DNA of 58,469 nt, filler included, from Squatina squatina (lineage: Eukaryota), in assembly GCA_031763465.1 (NCBI GenBank). It is 3 parts of 3 records of this genome, joined end to end, with 100 filler letters (N's around TTAATTAATTAA, not from the genome) between each part and the next. Parts side by side here need not be neighbours in the genome. Positions count along the whole stretch, not along the records: positions 13,727 to 30,248 come from JARFOE010000038.1; positions 30,349 to 58,469 come from JARFOE010000219.1; 1 more part is not named here. One strand, given 5' to 3'. The position numbers were made by a program, and so were the translations under genes. The notes under the pieces were generated by a model, which saw nothing but the letters and a program-made list of their open reading frames with translations, was not told the origin of the DNA and did no database searches. The number at the start of each line of letters is the position of its first letter. Within the stretch, counting starts at the first letter, position 1. This document shows, piece by piece, positions 22,008-32,579 of this stretch.

Positions 22008-22355
22008 AAGAAAGAAGAACTTGCATTTATATAGCGCTTGTCACAACCTATAGACGTCCCAAAACGCTTTACAGCCAATGAAGTACTTTTTGGAGTGCAG
22101 TCACTGCTGTGATGGGGGAAACGCGGCAGCCAATTTGCGCACAGCAAGCTCCCACAGACAGCAATGTGACGATGACCAGATAATGTGTGTTTTTGGTGAT
22201 TGAGGGATAAATATTGGCCGGGACACCGGGGAGAACTCTCCTGCTCTTCTCCAAATAGTGCCAAAGGATCTTTTACTTCCACCCCAGAGGACAGAGGGAG
22301 CCTCGGTTTAACATCTCATCTGAAAGACGACACCTCTGACAGTGAAGCACTCCCT
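22008..22355 (-). mobile_element. SacSINE1-like SINE
   Basis: Reverse complement of the 28552-29010 element, covering the Deu core and L2-like tail. Confidence 0.85.
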
Positions 22356-22919
22356 NNNNNNNNNNNNNNNNNNNNNNNNNNNNNNNNNNNNNNNNNNNNN
22401 NNNNNNNNNNNNNNNNNNNNNNNNNNNNNNNNNNNNNNNNNNNNNNNNNNNNNNNAGATCGGAGAGAGGAAAAAAGATATCTCTAAACTTTTTTTGACAA
22501 GCCCAAGTTTTTTTTTATATTGAAAGAATAATACTACCTGTGAAATAATTCACCACACTTTTTAAAAAAAAAAACTACATAGAAAATGTGTTCCTTCAAA
22601 CTGAACACCTGTTTTGTCTCTGCTCGCAGAATATCAGCATCTGAACCCTGAATTATGTTAAATTAATTCTTTCCTTTTTCAAATTGTATCTCTCGTCACT
22701 ACAAGTTATTTGAGATTTTTTTCATTTTCACAAGACTAATTTTAGACCAGAAATACTGAGGGGACATTGGTTTACGTTCAGATTCATTTGCCACTCCGGG
22801 AGTAGGTTCCTGGTGTTCAGGTTCGAGTTGTACGGATGTATTTAGCTTTATTCGAGCCTCTGTGTTGTGTGGAAAACTCATTTCAGTAGGTAAGGGTTAG
22901 GAGATACAGAGGAAGGAAA

Positions 22920-23343
22920 ATGAGTTTGGGAAAGTTGCCCGTCTTCAAGAACCTGGTGTCCAACTCCCACGGCAAGCGCAGGTTCAAGTCAGAGCTGACC
23001 CCTGACATGATCAGCTCGCCGCTGGGCGACTTCCGCCACACCATGCACGTGGGCCGGGGCGGCGACGTGTTTGGCGACACCTCCTTCCTCAGCGACCACG
23101 GCGGGGAGAAGGCGCGCGAGAGCGCCAAGTCCAACCTGCTGGTCCGCGCACTGAGGAACGTCAGGAAGGTGCCGATGAGGAGCCGGAACAGCAGCCGTGA
23201 GATGTCCCCACCGCCGGTAGTCTCTCCCATCATCAAGAACGCCGTCTCTTTGCCACATCTGTTGGAGGCAAAGAATGGGTCCGTGGAACGGCTCAATTTC
23301 AAAAGCGTGGTGTCAAGTCCAGGTGTGATGGATGGATCATATG
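22920..23343 (+). CDS. CDC42EP1: Cdc42 effector protein 1 (Borg5), first coding exon
   Basis: MSLGKL start, CRIB motif ISSPLGDFRHTMHVGRGGDVFGDTSFL and BH motif SPIIKNAVSLP. Donor TAT G|gtaaat lies at the conserved SY(G) junction. Confidence 0.9.
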
Positions 23344-24002
23344 GTAAATTCAATTAAAAATGTNNNNNNNNNNNNNNNNNNNNNNNNNNNNNNNNNNNNN
23401 NNNNNNNNNNNNNNNNNNNNNNNNNNNNNNNNNNNNNNNNNNNNNNNNNNNNNNNNNNNNNNNGAGCACGTGCCACAGATTTTCCGAGTCTACTGTGGCC
23501 TAACCAGCGGTGGAGGCCGTGGGCAAAAAGATAAGTTACATTTTATTCACTTATGTGGAGCCAAGATCTATCTACGGGCCAACTCACCATCGGAGTCGGC
23601 AAATTTCCCTGAGGACCCAACTGCTGAGCTGCATGAGGACACCCAATTGACATTTGCAGCTCACTTTTTTTTTAAATGCTGCCGAGGCCCCAGACCCAGT
23701 TTCCAGCCAGCTTCTGGCCAATGTCTTTGGGTGAGCGTTACCTTCATGATGACCATTCTGTACTGCTTTCCGTATTCCAATTTCTCAGCTATAATTGCTT
23801 GTGCTCAGTTAAATACAATCAAACAGCAGCAAGATTTCCCTTGTAGTTTGAGAACAGGTAATGAAATGGAACAGCTCAACTTGACAATCTCACCATTCAA
23901 CCCAATAATTTATAATTAATTTCCCAGTATGGCATACAAGGGTGTGTTCTGCTGTTTGCAGTGAGTTTCCTGTTTGATATTCTGTCTCCCACTATTCCGC
24001 AG

Positions 24003-24103
24003 GAATTATAAAACAGGATCCGGTGTTACCTGATGACGAGCCGCTTCCTCCACCCCCTCCTCGATCGAAAAATGCTATGTTTGAAGATGAGGAAAAATCG
24101 AAG
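24003..24103 (+). CDS. GGA1: GGA1 exon (VHS-GAT linker)
   Basis: Acceptor ccgcag| and donor AAG|gtaact; 101 nt. Encodes (G)IIKQDPVLPDDEPLPPPPPRSKNAMFEDEEKSK; compare human GIVKSDPKLPDD...PPPRPKNVIFEDEEKSK. Syntenic with CDC42EP1. Confidence 0.85.
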
Positions 24104-26204
24104 GTAACTCGTTGATCTCCCGTGGCATTGTCCACAGGGAGGCGAGACCAGTGGTAGTCTTCAGGTGAAGTAGGGGTAGAGGACATGGGCTAGTTGGACC
24201 ATGTTGTGGAGACGTAATTCAGTCTCCATTTTAAAGTGCTGATTTCATATCACTATTATTTTTATTATAGTTAAGTAGCAAAACATAAATAGTTTGGGAA
24301 GTAGAGTTGGTTGGAGCACTGGAATTTCTATACATTACCTGAAAAACATTGGCCCAAAACTGTACCTGCAAATGCGCACCAGCGTAAGATTTTTAACATA
24401 TAGATATGTAGGACTGTGGTACTATGTCAAGAACTGAAACTCTTGAGCAGGCCCACTGCTCAGCGGTGACTGAATAAGTCAAAATTAATTTTTATTACAT
24501 GTGGTTCCAGGATTTTTAATGGTATTTTAGTTTCTGTTCATTTTGCCTTGGACATGAAAAGCCAGCGGGCTTGNNNNNNNNNNNNNNNNNNNNNNNNNNN
24601 NNNNNNNNNNNNNNNNNNNNNNNNNNNNNNNNNNNNNNNNNNNNNNNNNNNNNNNNNNNNNNNNNNNNNNNNNTCCAATTTCTCAGCCTTTAAGTCACTT
24701 GCAAATTACCAGTCTTCAATTTTCGCAAAGTAGCTGCAGCAGCATTGTCACTGGTGTGAGATGGCTCCTGGATTATATTCATTTTACATATGTCGCCAGA
24801 TGGTGCCCATTGTCCAGTTGATTCCGAGGACCCTCATTACAACACTGTCTTCATTTTGCCTGTACAGAATGTGATGTGCGCTTCAGTGGCTGTATATCAC
24901 GGGGCAAAATCAGGTGAGGTACGCTGTAATAATGTGTAAGGAAGTGTTAATCAAGTGAACACGCTGACGAGATGAAAAATGTTGCTGTTCGATGATTTAA
25001 CAAATGTCCAACAGCTAAATCCCCAACTGTATAGGCCATTGCTGAGGTGAATATGGCGCTTCAACAGCAATTGGCTTTTACTATGCCATTTTATATTGCC
25101 CCTTGCACAATGATGCTAAGCTGAGACTTTAGGAGTGCCACTCCTCCGCTATTTCATCTTGCAGTGTGTCCTCAGTATTTCTGAGGCTCTTGGAGGCCTG
25201 AAAGAATCACAGCTTCATTGGCCCCCAACAGCAGCTCTCGGGTCCCACAAAGAGTGGATAGGGCTAGAAAGCAACGGAGATATGGGCTTGATCTCCTCTT
25301 ATGAGTGTCGGCAGCGAAGAGTATCACCTGTACGGCACGCTACCAAGTGAAACCTTTCCATTCTGAACGGGAAACATAGCCAATATGTTCAAAGTGGAGG
25401 ACTTGCCCAGGTTGTGTTTGATCTGCCTCAGAAAGTGGAAATGTGTTTAGTCTGACCACAGATGTGCTGTTTCCTTATCCTAACACTGCATATCTATTTG
25501 TTCCAATAAATTTTCATTGTCTCCCCTGCTTGGGATCTGTCGAGCTGACTTGTGTATATATTTATATGGTGTTTCAGAATTATGTACATTAGAGCAAAGA
25601 TGTATTTATGGGAATTAAAGTTTTCTTTTCCCGGGATTGTGAGCGTCACAGTGATGTGTGCACTAGGCCTACTTTTCTTTTGTGTATATTTTTCCAATAA
25701 ATCGCTCAGAGTCAGTTTTAGTTTTATTTTTATTTTTATGTTAGATTTAGAGATGCTGGGCCTCATCACAATGGGTTAAAACGTGAATCTTTTACAGCTA
25801 GTAAACAGGGATGACTTACATCCCATCTGCCTGGGCTGGACTAGAACCCGGGTTCCAGAAGTGAAACACATATGAGTAATCAGTAGCATCGNNNNNNNNN
25901 NNNNNNNNNNNNNNNNNNNNNNNNNNNNNNNNNNNNNNNNNNNNNNNNNNNNNNNNNNNNNNNNNNNNNNNNNNNNNNNNNNNNNNNNNNNATTCCACCC
26001 TCTAATCTTTAACTTGGGCCCAAAACAGGCACAAAATCAGTGGTGTCTCTGCGGTGCCTGCCCAAAACCATCTTTGGGACACCTGAATTATTTTCCGGTT
26101 TGGAACTCAATTGAATTTAACCTGCGAGCTTCCAAACAGGTGCTCTGCTGCAGCTCGGCAGTTTTCGAAGGCTGAAAGTTGTCAGTATTCTCGACAGACC
26201 CCAA

Positions 26205-26440
26205 GGGAACTCCACTTTTCTTCTTCAGATAGTACCATGGAATATTTTACAATCCCCTGAGAGGGCAGTCAGGGCTTTAATTTAACTTCTCATCTGAGAG
26301 ACAGCACCTTTGACAATTCAGCACTCAGTACTGCACTGAACCATCAGGCCAGGTTATAGTGTTCAAGTCTGCAGCATGGGACTTGGACCCACAACCATCT
26401 GGCTTGAAGTCAAGGGAGATACCTGAGCCAAGGCTGACAT
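26205..26440 (-). mobile_element. Degenerate SacSINE1-like SINE
   Basis: ctcatctgagagacagcacctttgaca...cagtactgcactg...gggacttggacccacaacc. Confidence 0.65.
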
Positions 26441-26875
26441 TAATATGGCACTATGATAAAACTTTCAAATGAACTGATAATTTGCTCAATTCCCCCAGTG
26501 GTGCTGTTGACAAATTCACCATGAATACTGACCCAAGGGTCCGCTTTGATTTAGGTTCTGTGTTGAGTTAGCTGATCTCAACCAGGTTGGAGCACAGCAA
26601 TCATCTCAGTAAGTTCAGCCAGAGTTTTGCTCCTGATTGTTATACAATGACCCTGTTGGAAAGTGTGTGACAGCTGACATCAGGTGAAGATGGGATTAAC
26701 CACAATACCCATGGGTATGACTCACACATGAAAAATACCACTTGGATGAGGTGCCAGTGGGCTGTCAGGGCCTGTGTAATGGTATAGCAGTGCAAATGAG
26801 TAGCTTTAGGAGTGGAGAAGTGAAAAAGAGAGAAAATTTTAAAGCAACCAAAAAATTTAGCTGGTGTAAAATCAT

Positions 26876-26971
26876 AACAGAAAATGTTGGAAACACTCAG
26901 CAGGTCAGGCAGCATCTGTGCAGAGAGAAACAGAGTTAACGTTTCAGGTCGATGACCTTTCATCAGAACTG
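26876..26971 (+). mobile_element. Penelope-like element terminal fragment
   Basis: acagaaaatgttggaaacactcagcaggtcaggcagcatctgtg...gagttaacgtttcaggtcgatgacctttcatcagaactg. An inverted copy lies at ~44112-44210. Confidence 0.6.
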
Positions 26972-27552
26972 AAGGTGAATTAGATGTGCTGCTTTCATGT
27001 ATGACTGTAATGAAATGTATCCAATGTACATCTCAAATGGTCTTTGACAAGGCCACAGAGAGCCTTTTCAAAATGAAAATATTTAGTGGTAGAATTTGTA
27101 TTGGTTGTATACAGTGGTTTTGTTACCCATTTACTGCTTAGAAATAATAATTTTGCATGGTATGTGCACACCATTTGTATCCTCTTTTAGTAAGGCAATC
27201 TCATAGCCCTTTAAGCAAAAAACATTAATATTGTGAGATGTGTGTGTGCACAGGGACTCATTGACTCTCTGACATTTTGTACCAAATTCAGCAGATAAAC
27301 TGGGAAATGATATTATCTTTGACTGACAAATAGACAACATATTTTATTGATTGGATGAATACACTCTGAGAAATCGAGTTATGGAATGATGTGCTGATTG
27401 AAATGGATCTTCTTTATTGAATGTTCACAATAGAAATGAACTTGCAAGGGTTTTGAATTATTGGCAACAATGAAAAAAAGAAATATAAATACATTTACAT
27501 TATATGGTAATTTATAATTACAGGATATAAATACCAGGTCAGTGCTGGTCAC

Positions 27553-27955
27553 TACAACAACAGCAACAACTTGTGTTTATGTAGCACCTTTAATGTAGTA
27601 AAACATCCTAAGGTGCTTCATAGGAGCATTATCAAACAAAATTTGACACTGAGCCAAATAAGGAGGTATTAGGGCAGATGACCAAAAGCTTAGTCAAAGA
27701 GATAGGTTTTACGGTGCACCTTACAGGGGGAAAGAGAGGTAGAGAAGTGGAGAAGGTTAGGGAGGGAATTCAAGAGCTTAGAGTCTCGGCAGCTGAAGGC
27801 ACATTCATCAATGGTGGAGTGATTAAAATCGTGGACGTGCAAGACGCCAGCATTGGAGGAGCCCAGAGATCTCGGAGTGTTGTAGGGCTGGAGGAAGTTA
27901 TTGTTTTAAGGAGCGTTTTAAAGGGCTAGAGCGGTATAGGGAGGGAGTTCCAGAG
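27553..27955 (-). mobile_element. L2 LINE 3' end
   Basis: (caa)n tail and body homologous to 18826-19285 and 740-1285. Confidence 0.8.
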
Positions 27956-28114
27956 ACATCACATCTATGAGTGGAAGCTCACGGCAGAGAGCATGAAGTT
28001 GTGTTCTACCGCTCTGCAACACAGGGTATCGGCACTTCAGTACATTGCACGACTGGCCTGCTGTTTTGTGTTTCACGTCCGTCTCGTATTTCTCTTTCTT
28101 TTCTTTGCTGACAG

Positions 28115-28251
28115 TTTGTTCCGACTGAAGGCGACCGGGCGTGTGTCAAAGTACTTCGAGACGTTGAGCCCGGAGATGAGATCACCTGTTACTACGGTGA
28201 CAGTTTTTTTGGTGAAAACAATGAGCTGTGCGAATGCTACACATGTGAAAG
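28115..28251 (+). CDS. KMT5C: H4K20 methyltransferase SUV4-20H2, SET/post-SET exon
   Basis: Acceptor gacag| and donor AG|gtgagg; 137 nt. Encodes [45 protein letters not shown](R). FVP..G, KVLRD and PGDE favour KMT5C over KMT5B. Confidence 0.85.
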
Positions 28252-28551
28252 GTGAGGGGTTAAAGTAACCCTGTGTTTTCCCCCAGACCACCTCCTCCGG
28301 TGTTAGTAACTTTACGTTGAAGGCCACGATTACAGTGGTTTTTGCCATAACAAACATTTTAGGCTGGGCGTTTGACGTTATATTGAAGGGCTTTGCCAGC
28401 ACCCATTGAACCATACACCAGCAACAATCAGCACCTTCGTGAGAGGACAGAGAAATGTGGGTGGGCAGGGATATAGTGAATGATCAGAATTCCAGTAATG
28501 AAGACCCATTTTTTATTTAAAAACAAGAGTTGACATTTACTGTTTTCATAT

Positions 28552-29010
28552 CAGCTGTGGCTCAGTAGGTAGCACCCTCGCCTCTAAGTCAGAAGGTTGT
28601 GGGTTCAAGTCCCTCTCCAGGGACTTGAGCACGTACGTTTAGGCTGACCCTCCAGTGCTGTACTGAGGGAGTGCTGCAGTGCTGCAGGTGCCGTCTTTCG
28701 GATGAGACGTTAAACCGAGACCCCGCCTGCCTCTCAGGTGGATGTAAAAGATCCCATGGCAATATTTCGAAGAGGAGCAGGGGGAGTTATCCCCAGTGTC
28801 CTGGGCCAATATTTATCCCTCAATCAATATCACTAAATTATCTGGTTATTATCGCAGATAATTTGCGAGGGCTTGCTGTGCGTAAATTGGCTGCCGTGTT
28901 TCCTGCATTGCAACAGTGACTACACTTCAAAAAGTACTTTATTGGCTTTAAAGTGCTTTGGGAATTCCGGTGGTCGTGAAAGGCGCTATAGAAATGCAAG
29001 TCTCTTTTTT
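28552..29010 (+). mobile_element. Full-length SacSINE1-like Deu-domain SINE
   Basis: tRNA-type head (tggctcagtagg; ggttcaagtcc), Deu core (gccgtctttcggatgagacgttaaaccgag...taaaagatcccatggc) and L2-type tail (gtgaaaggcgctatagaaatgcaagtc). Confidence 0.9.
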
Positions 29011-29024
29011 AATTTTTTTTCCAG

Positions 29025-29206
29025 ACGAGGAGAAGGAGCCTTCAGGATGAAGAAGCGTGACATTGAGATGGACGCCCTCTGTAGGTATGGACTGAGAGAG
29101 ACCGACAGTCGCTTGAGTCGTATGAAAGAGAAATGCAAAGGAAGACGGCCCAAGGCAGCGCATGTTGATTTGTACCAGAAAACCCTGGAAAGGCCGTTGT
29201 GGCAAA
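29025..29206 (+). CDS. KMT5C: KMT5C exon following post-SET
   Basis: Acceptor ccag| and donor A|gtgagt; 182 nt, phase 2 to 1. Encodes RGEGAFRMKKRDIEMDALCRYGLRETDSRLSR, matching the GEGAFR and Y.LRET..RL motifs. Confidence 0.85.
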
Positions 29207-30162
29207 GTGAGTACCGTCACAGAAGAAGTTTATGCTTCTATTATTGTGGGCGGGGGGGCCGCGATCAGGATATATCGATTATGGCTTTGTTGTTGGGGTA
29301 GGGGTAGGTAATGCAACATTCAAAAAGGTTCTCTGAATCGGGAATCTTCTTTCAGCAATAGTTGAGCACATTAAAATTGGTCAGCGAGTTGAAATGTTAC
29401 TGTTCACAAGATAAATACGATGAGGAAAATCATTTGGCTCATCTTAGCTCGTCCGTCCAGAATGATTTTGCAACATCCAAATGATTCTTTAATGTTTTCC
29501 AGGGTTTTGATCTCCACCACTTTTCCTGGAAGTCCATTTGTTACATTGAGTCCTAAATTTGCCTTTTACTAATTTCAGCCTGTGTCCCCATTGTCCTAAT
29601 CTAAGCTTAATTTAGTGTAACCTTCTGGCTTTATCTTTCCCATACTGTACACTCTTGTAGAACACAATCAGTTCAACTTGGCATTGGCCTCTCTTCAAGG
29701 CAGCAAAGCTCATGTTTATTCTCACCTCAGACTAGGGGTCAGCCTTATTGCTCATCTTTGCACGCTCTCCAACCTTTGACTGTCTCCTCTGTCTCTTGGT
29801 GACCAGAACTGGACACAGCACTCAAGATGTGGACTGACCACCGTGTTATAAAGTTTCGACTAAGGCCATTGACAGCAGCCTGGGAGGCTGCATGCCCTTC
29901 ACCGTTGAGCAAGCACACAAAGGCAGATAATGGTTGTAAATGCCAACAAGGTGAATGGGGAACTTGCCCCAAGTATCTCCTACTCCCGCGTTTTAAAAAA
30001 AAAACTGGGTTTGTTAAGTGTTTCCTCTTTTTTGGGGTCGCGTGGCCCATTCACAATAACGTGCATGGGCGGTTTTTCGCATTGAAAAGCCAGCGAGCCA
30101 ACTGCATAGGAGATCCCGAGAGCTATGCGGCCACGCGGCTTAAAGGGACATTCGTTGTGAGA

Positions 30163-30248
30163 TAACAACAACTTGTACTTACATAGCGCCTTTAACGGAG
30201 TAAAACATCCCAGGAGCGTTGTCCAAAAAAAAGATTTTGACACCGAGC
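30163..30248 (-). mobile_element. L2 LINE 3' tail
   Basis: aacaacaacttgtacttacatagcgcctttaacggagtaaaacatccc. A similar tail lies at 4578-4613. Confidence 0.7.
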
Positions 30249-30292
30249 NNNNNNNNNNNNNNNNNNNNNNNNNNNNNNNNNNNNNNNNNNNN

Positions 30293-30304
30293 TTAATTAA
30301 TTAA
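30293..30304. other. Artificial scaffold linker TTAATTAATTAA inside a 100-base gap
   Basis: 44 N + 12-mer + 44 N, identical to the linker at 13671. Confidence 0.95.
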
Positions 30305-31965
30305 NNNNNNNNNNNNNNNNNNNNNNNNNNNNNNNNNNNNNNNNNNNNTTCTATTAACACATGAATGAGGCCTCAGAGTTGTTCTCCTTCTGCCTGTCAA
30401 ATTAAAAACGCATAATTAATCAGAAATTGGTAATTAAGTAGATCCCCTCCCTGTTTACAACACTTCCTTTGGAAGCCCTCCAATCTTTTTTATAAAAGGC
30501 ATTTTTTTTGTGAAAGGAGTGCTTTATGTGAGTTCTGTTTCATGAGAGCTGTAAACAGTGGAAGTTTAACCACAGCTCGTGGAACCTCATAGAGCATTAT
30601 AAACCATGGCTCAAGGTGTATTGAGTATGCGTTAATCAGCTATCAGTAGTGAGGGAATCAACAATTGTGTCCCCATTCTCTTGCACGCAAGGATGAATTT
30701 TCAACACATTTTCGTTCACAGTGGTGTACACAATGTAACAGGATATGTAAATATTGTAAATGCTGGCAGATCTCTCGAGGCGTTGATCACGGGCAGTCTG
30801 GGGATATGTTGGTTTGAAAACGAGAGGCTCCCCGAGCAACAAACCAGAAGTCTGAGCTACCGCCAAAAACAGTTGGTCAATAAGTGGGAAGTGGGCANNN
30901 NNNNNNNNNNNNNNNNNNNNNNNNNNNNNNNNNNNNNNNNNNNNNNNNNNNNNNNNNNNNNNNNNNNNNNNNNNNNNNNNNNNNNNNNNNNNNNNNNTAG
31001 TTACTCATAGCCGATTGAAAACAGGCAAACTTTGAGCAAAAGATTCCGTGGACTGCAATATGCAGCTGACCTCATTGCTACTAACACAGCAGGCATATCT
31101 CTCTGACAACAATCCCTTGAAAATTCAATTGCACAGAAATAATTAACAGCAGGCATAAATTGTTATAACAAACATAAACATTGCTCGTAATGTAAGCATC
31201 ATTAGTTCGGTTGATTTAATACTTATAGCACAAAGTGTCCCCACTAAAAGAAATTCATTTAAAATCTGAAGATGTATTTAATATCTGTATTTATTGGTAG
31301 AATTTGAACTGTAGATTTAGTAGTATGTTGTGTAGTTTTTGGCAAACATCCATTGAGTTTTTGGCAAAATATCCATGCTAGATGGGACAGGCTCCACGGT
31401 GTTTAACAGCATTTGATGAATAGCTGTTTTATGGTCATCAGTATTTTTTTAAGGCTTACTCCATCCACCCATGGAGTGAGAAATCTTATACTGCTCTTAT
31501 TTGCCAAAGATTAGGATTGGGAAAACGATAATTGCTCCAGACTGANNNNNNNNNNNNNNNNNNNNNNNNNNNNNNNNNNNNNNNNNNNNNNNNNNNNNNN
31601 NNNNNNNNNNNNNNNNNNNNNNNNNNNNNNNNNNNNNNNNNNNNNGGCGGCATGATACAGATACTAACTTTGAGGGTCCTTTACAGCTATATAATTGGCT
31701 GGGGTAACTGGTCAGTGAGGTCAAAATCTTTTCACTCTCAGTGGTCTCAGGTTACAAAGGGCAGGGCAACAGGCCTCGTCAGACGTTAGGGCAGCGCTTT
31801 ACTTGGTACCTAACTGGAGTAACGAGTTCGATAAAAGTGGAGATCTATCTGTTCACAGATTGGCCAAAGGGTCCCTTTGGTTGTGGGGGCTTGGGATGGA
31901 CAAGCAGGAAAGGAGGCCCATCGTTCCTGATGCTTTCCTCACTCTAGGTACAGCCAGTGTATCAC

Positions 31966-32579
31966 TTGTTCACCTTGGGAGAGGTCCCACATTCATACAT
32001 GGTAAGGTATAAACTAAGTTCCACAGCACTATAGTATGGCTTAGTTAGAGGAAGCAAATATGTTGATGTAAAACTTATCAAACCAACTTAACAACCAACA
32101 TTGTCTGGGAACAGAATAGTTGCGCTTGTATTCCATTTTGTTATAGGGATGTGGCTGTAATATCAGGAAAATTCAATACTGATAATCTTGCTGGCATACA
32201 GATATCAAAGATTCCTTCAAAGGATTGAAGAGATCACTGCCCTCAATACTTGTTTAGTGTTACAGGAGAAACAGAACCAAATATAAACCACCCGTATGTA
32301 ATACAGAGACCACACAGATGAGCAAGGAAGTCTTGTGACTGACTTGTGAGAATTGCTTTGAAATCCTCCTTGTACAACAGAGGACCAATTACATTGTGGC
32401 AATGTATGATTTTCTTTGAATAATACAGTATGACATTTCAAAGCTTTTCGCGCAGTAAAAGTAATTTGTTCACCTTGGCAGAGGTCCCACATTCATACAT
32501 GGTAAGGTATAAACTAAGTTCCACAGCACTATAGTATGGCTTAGTTAGGGGAAGCAAATATGTTGATGTAAAACTTATC
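31966..32579. repeat. Near-identical 114-bp direct repeat, copies 500 bp apart
   Basis: 31966-32079 versus 32466-32579; two mismatches by eye. Confidence 0.9.

Noticed and set aside
28552-28625. tRNA gene (A/B boxes), also at 10160 and 18158
   Set aside because: These are heads of tRNA-derived SINEs that continue into the Deu core and an L2-type tail.
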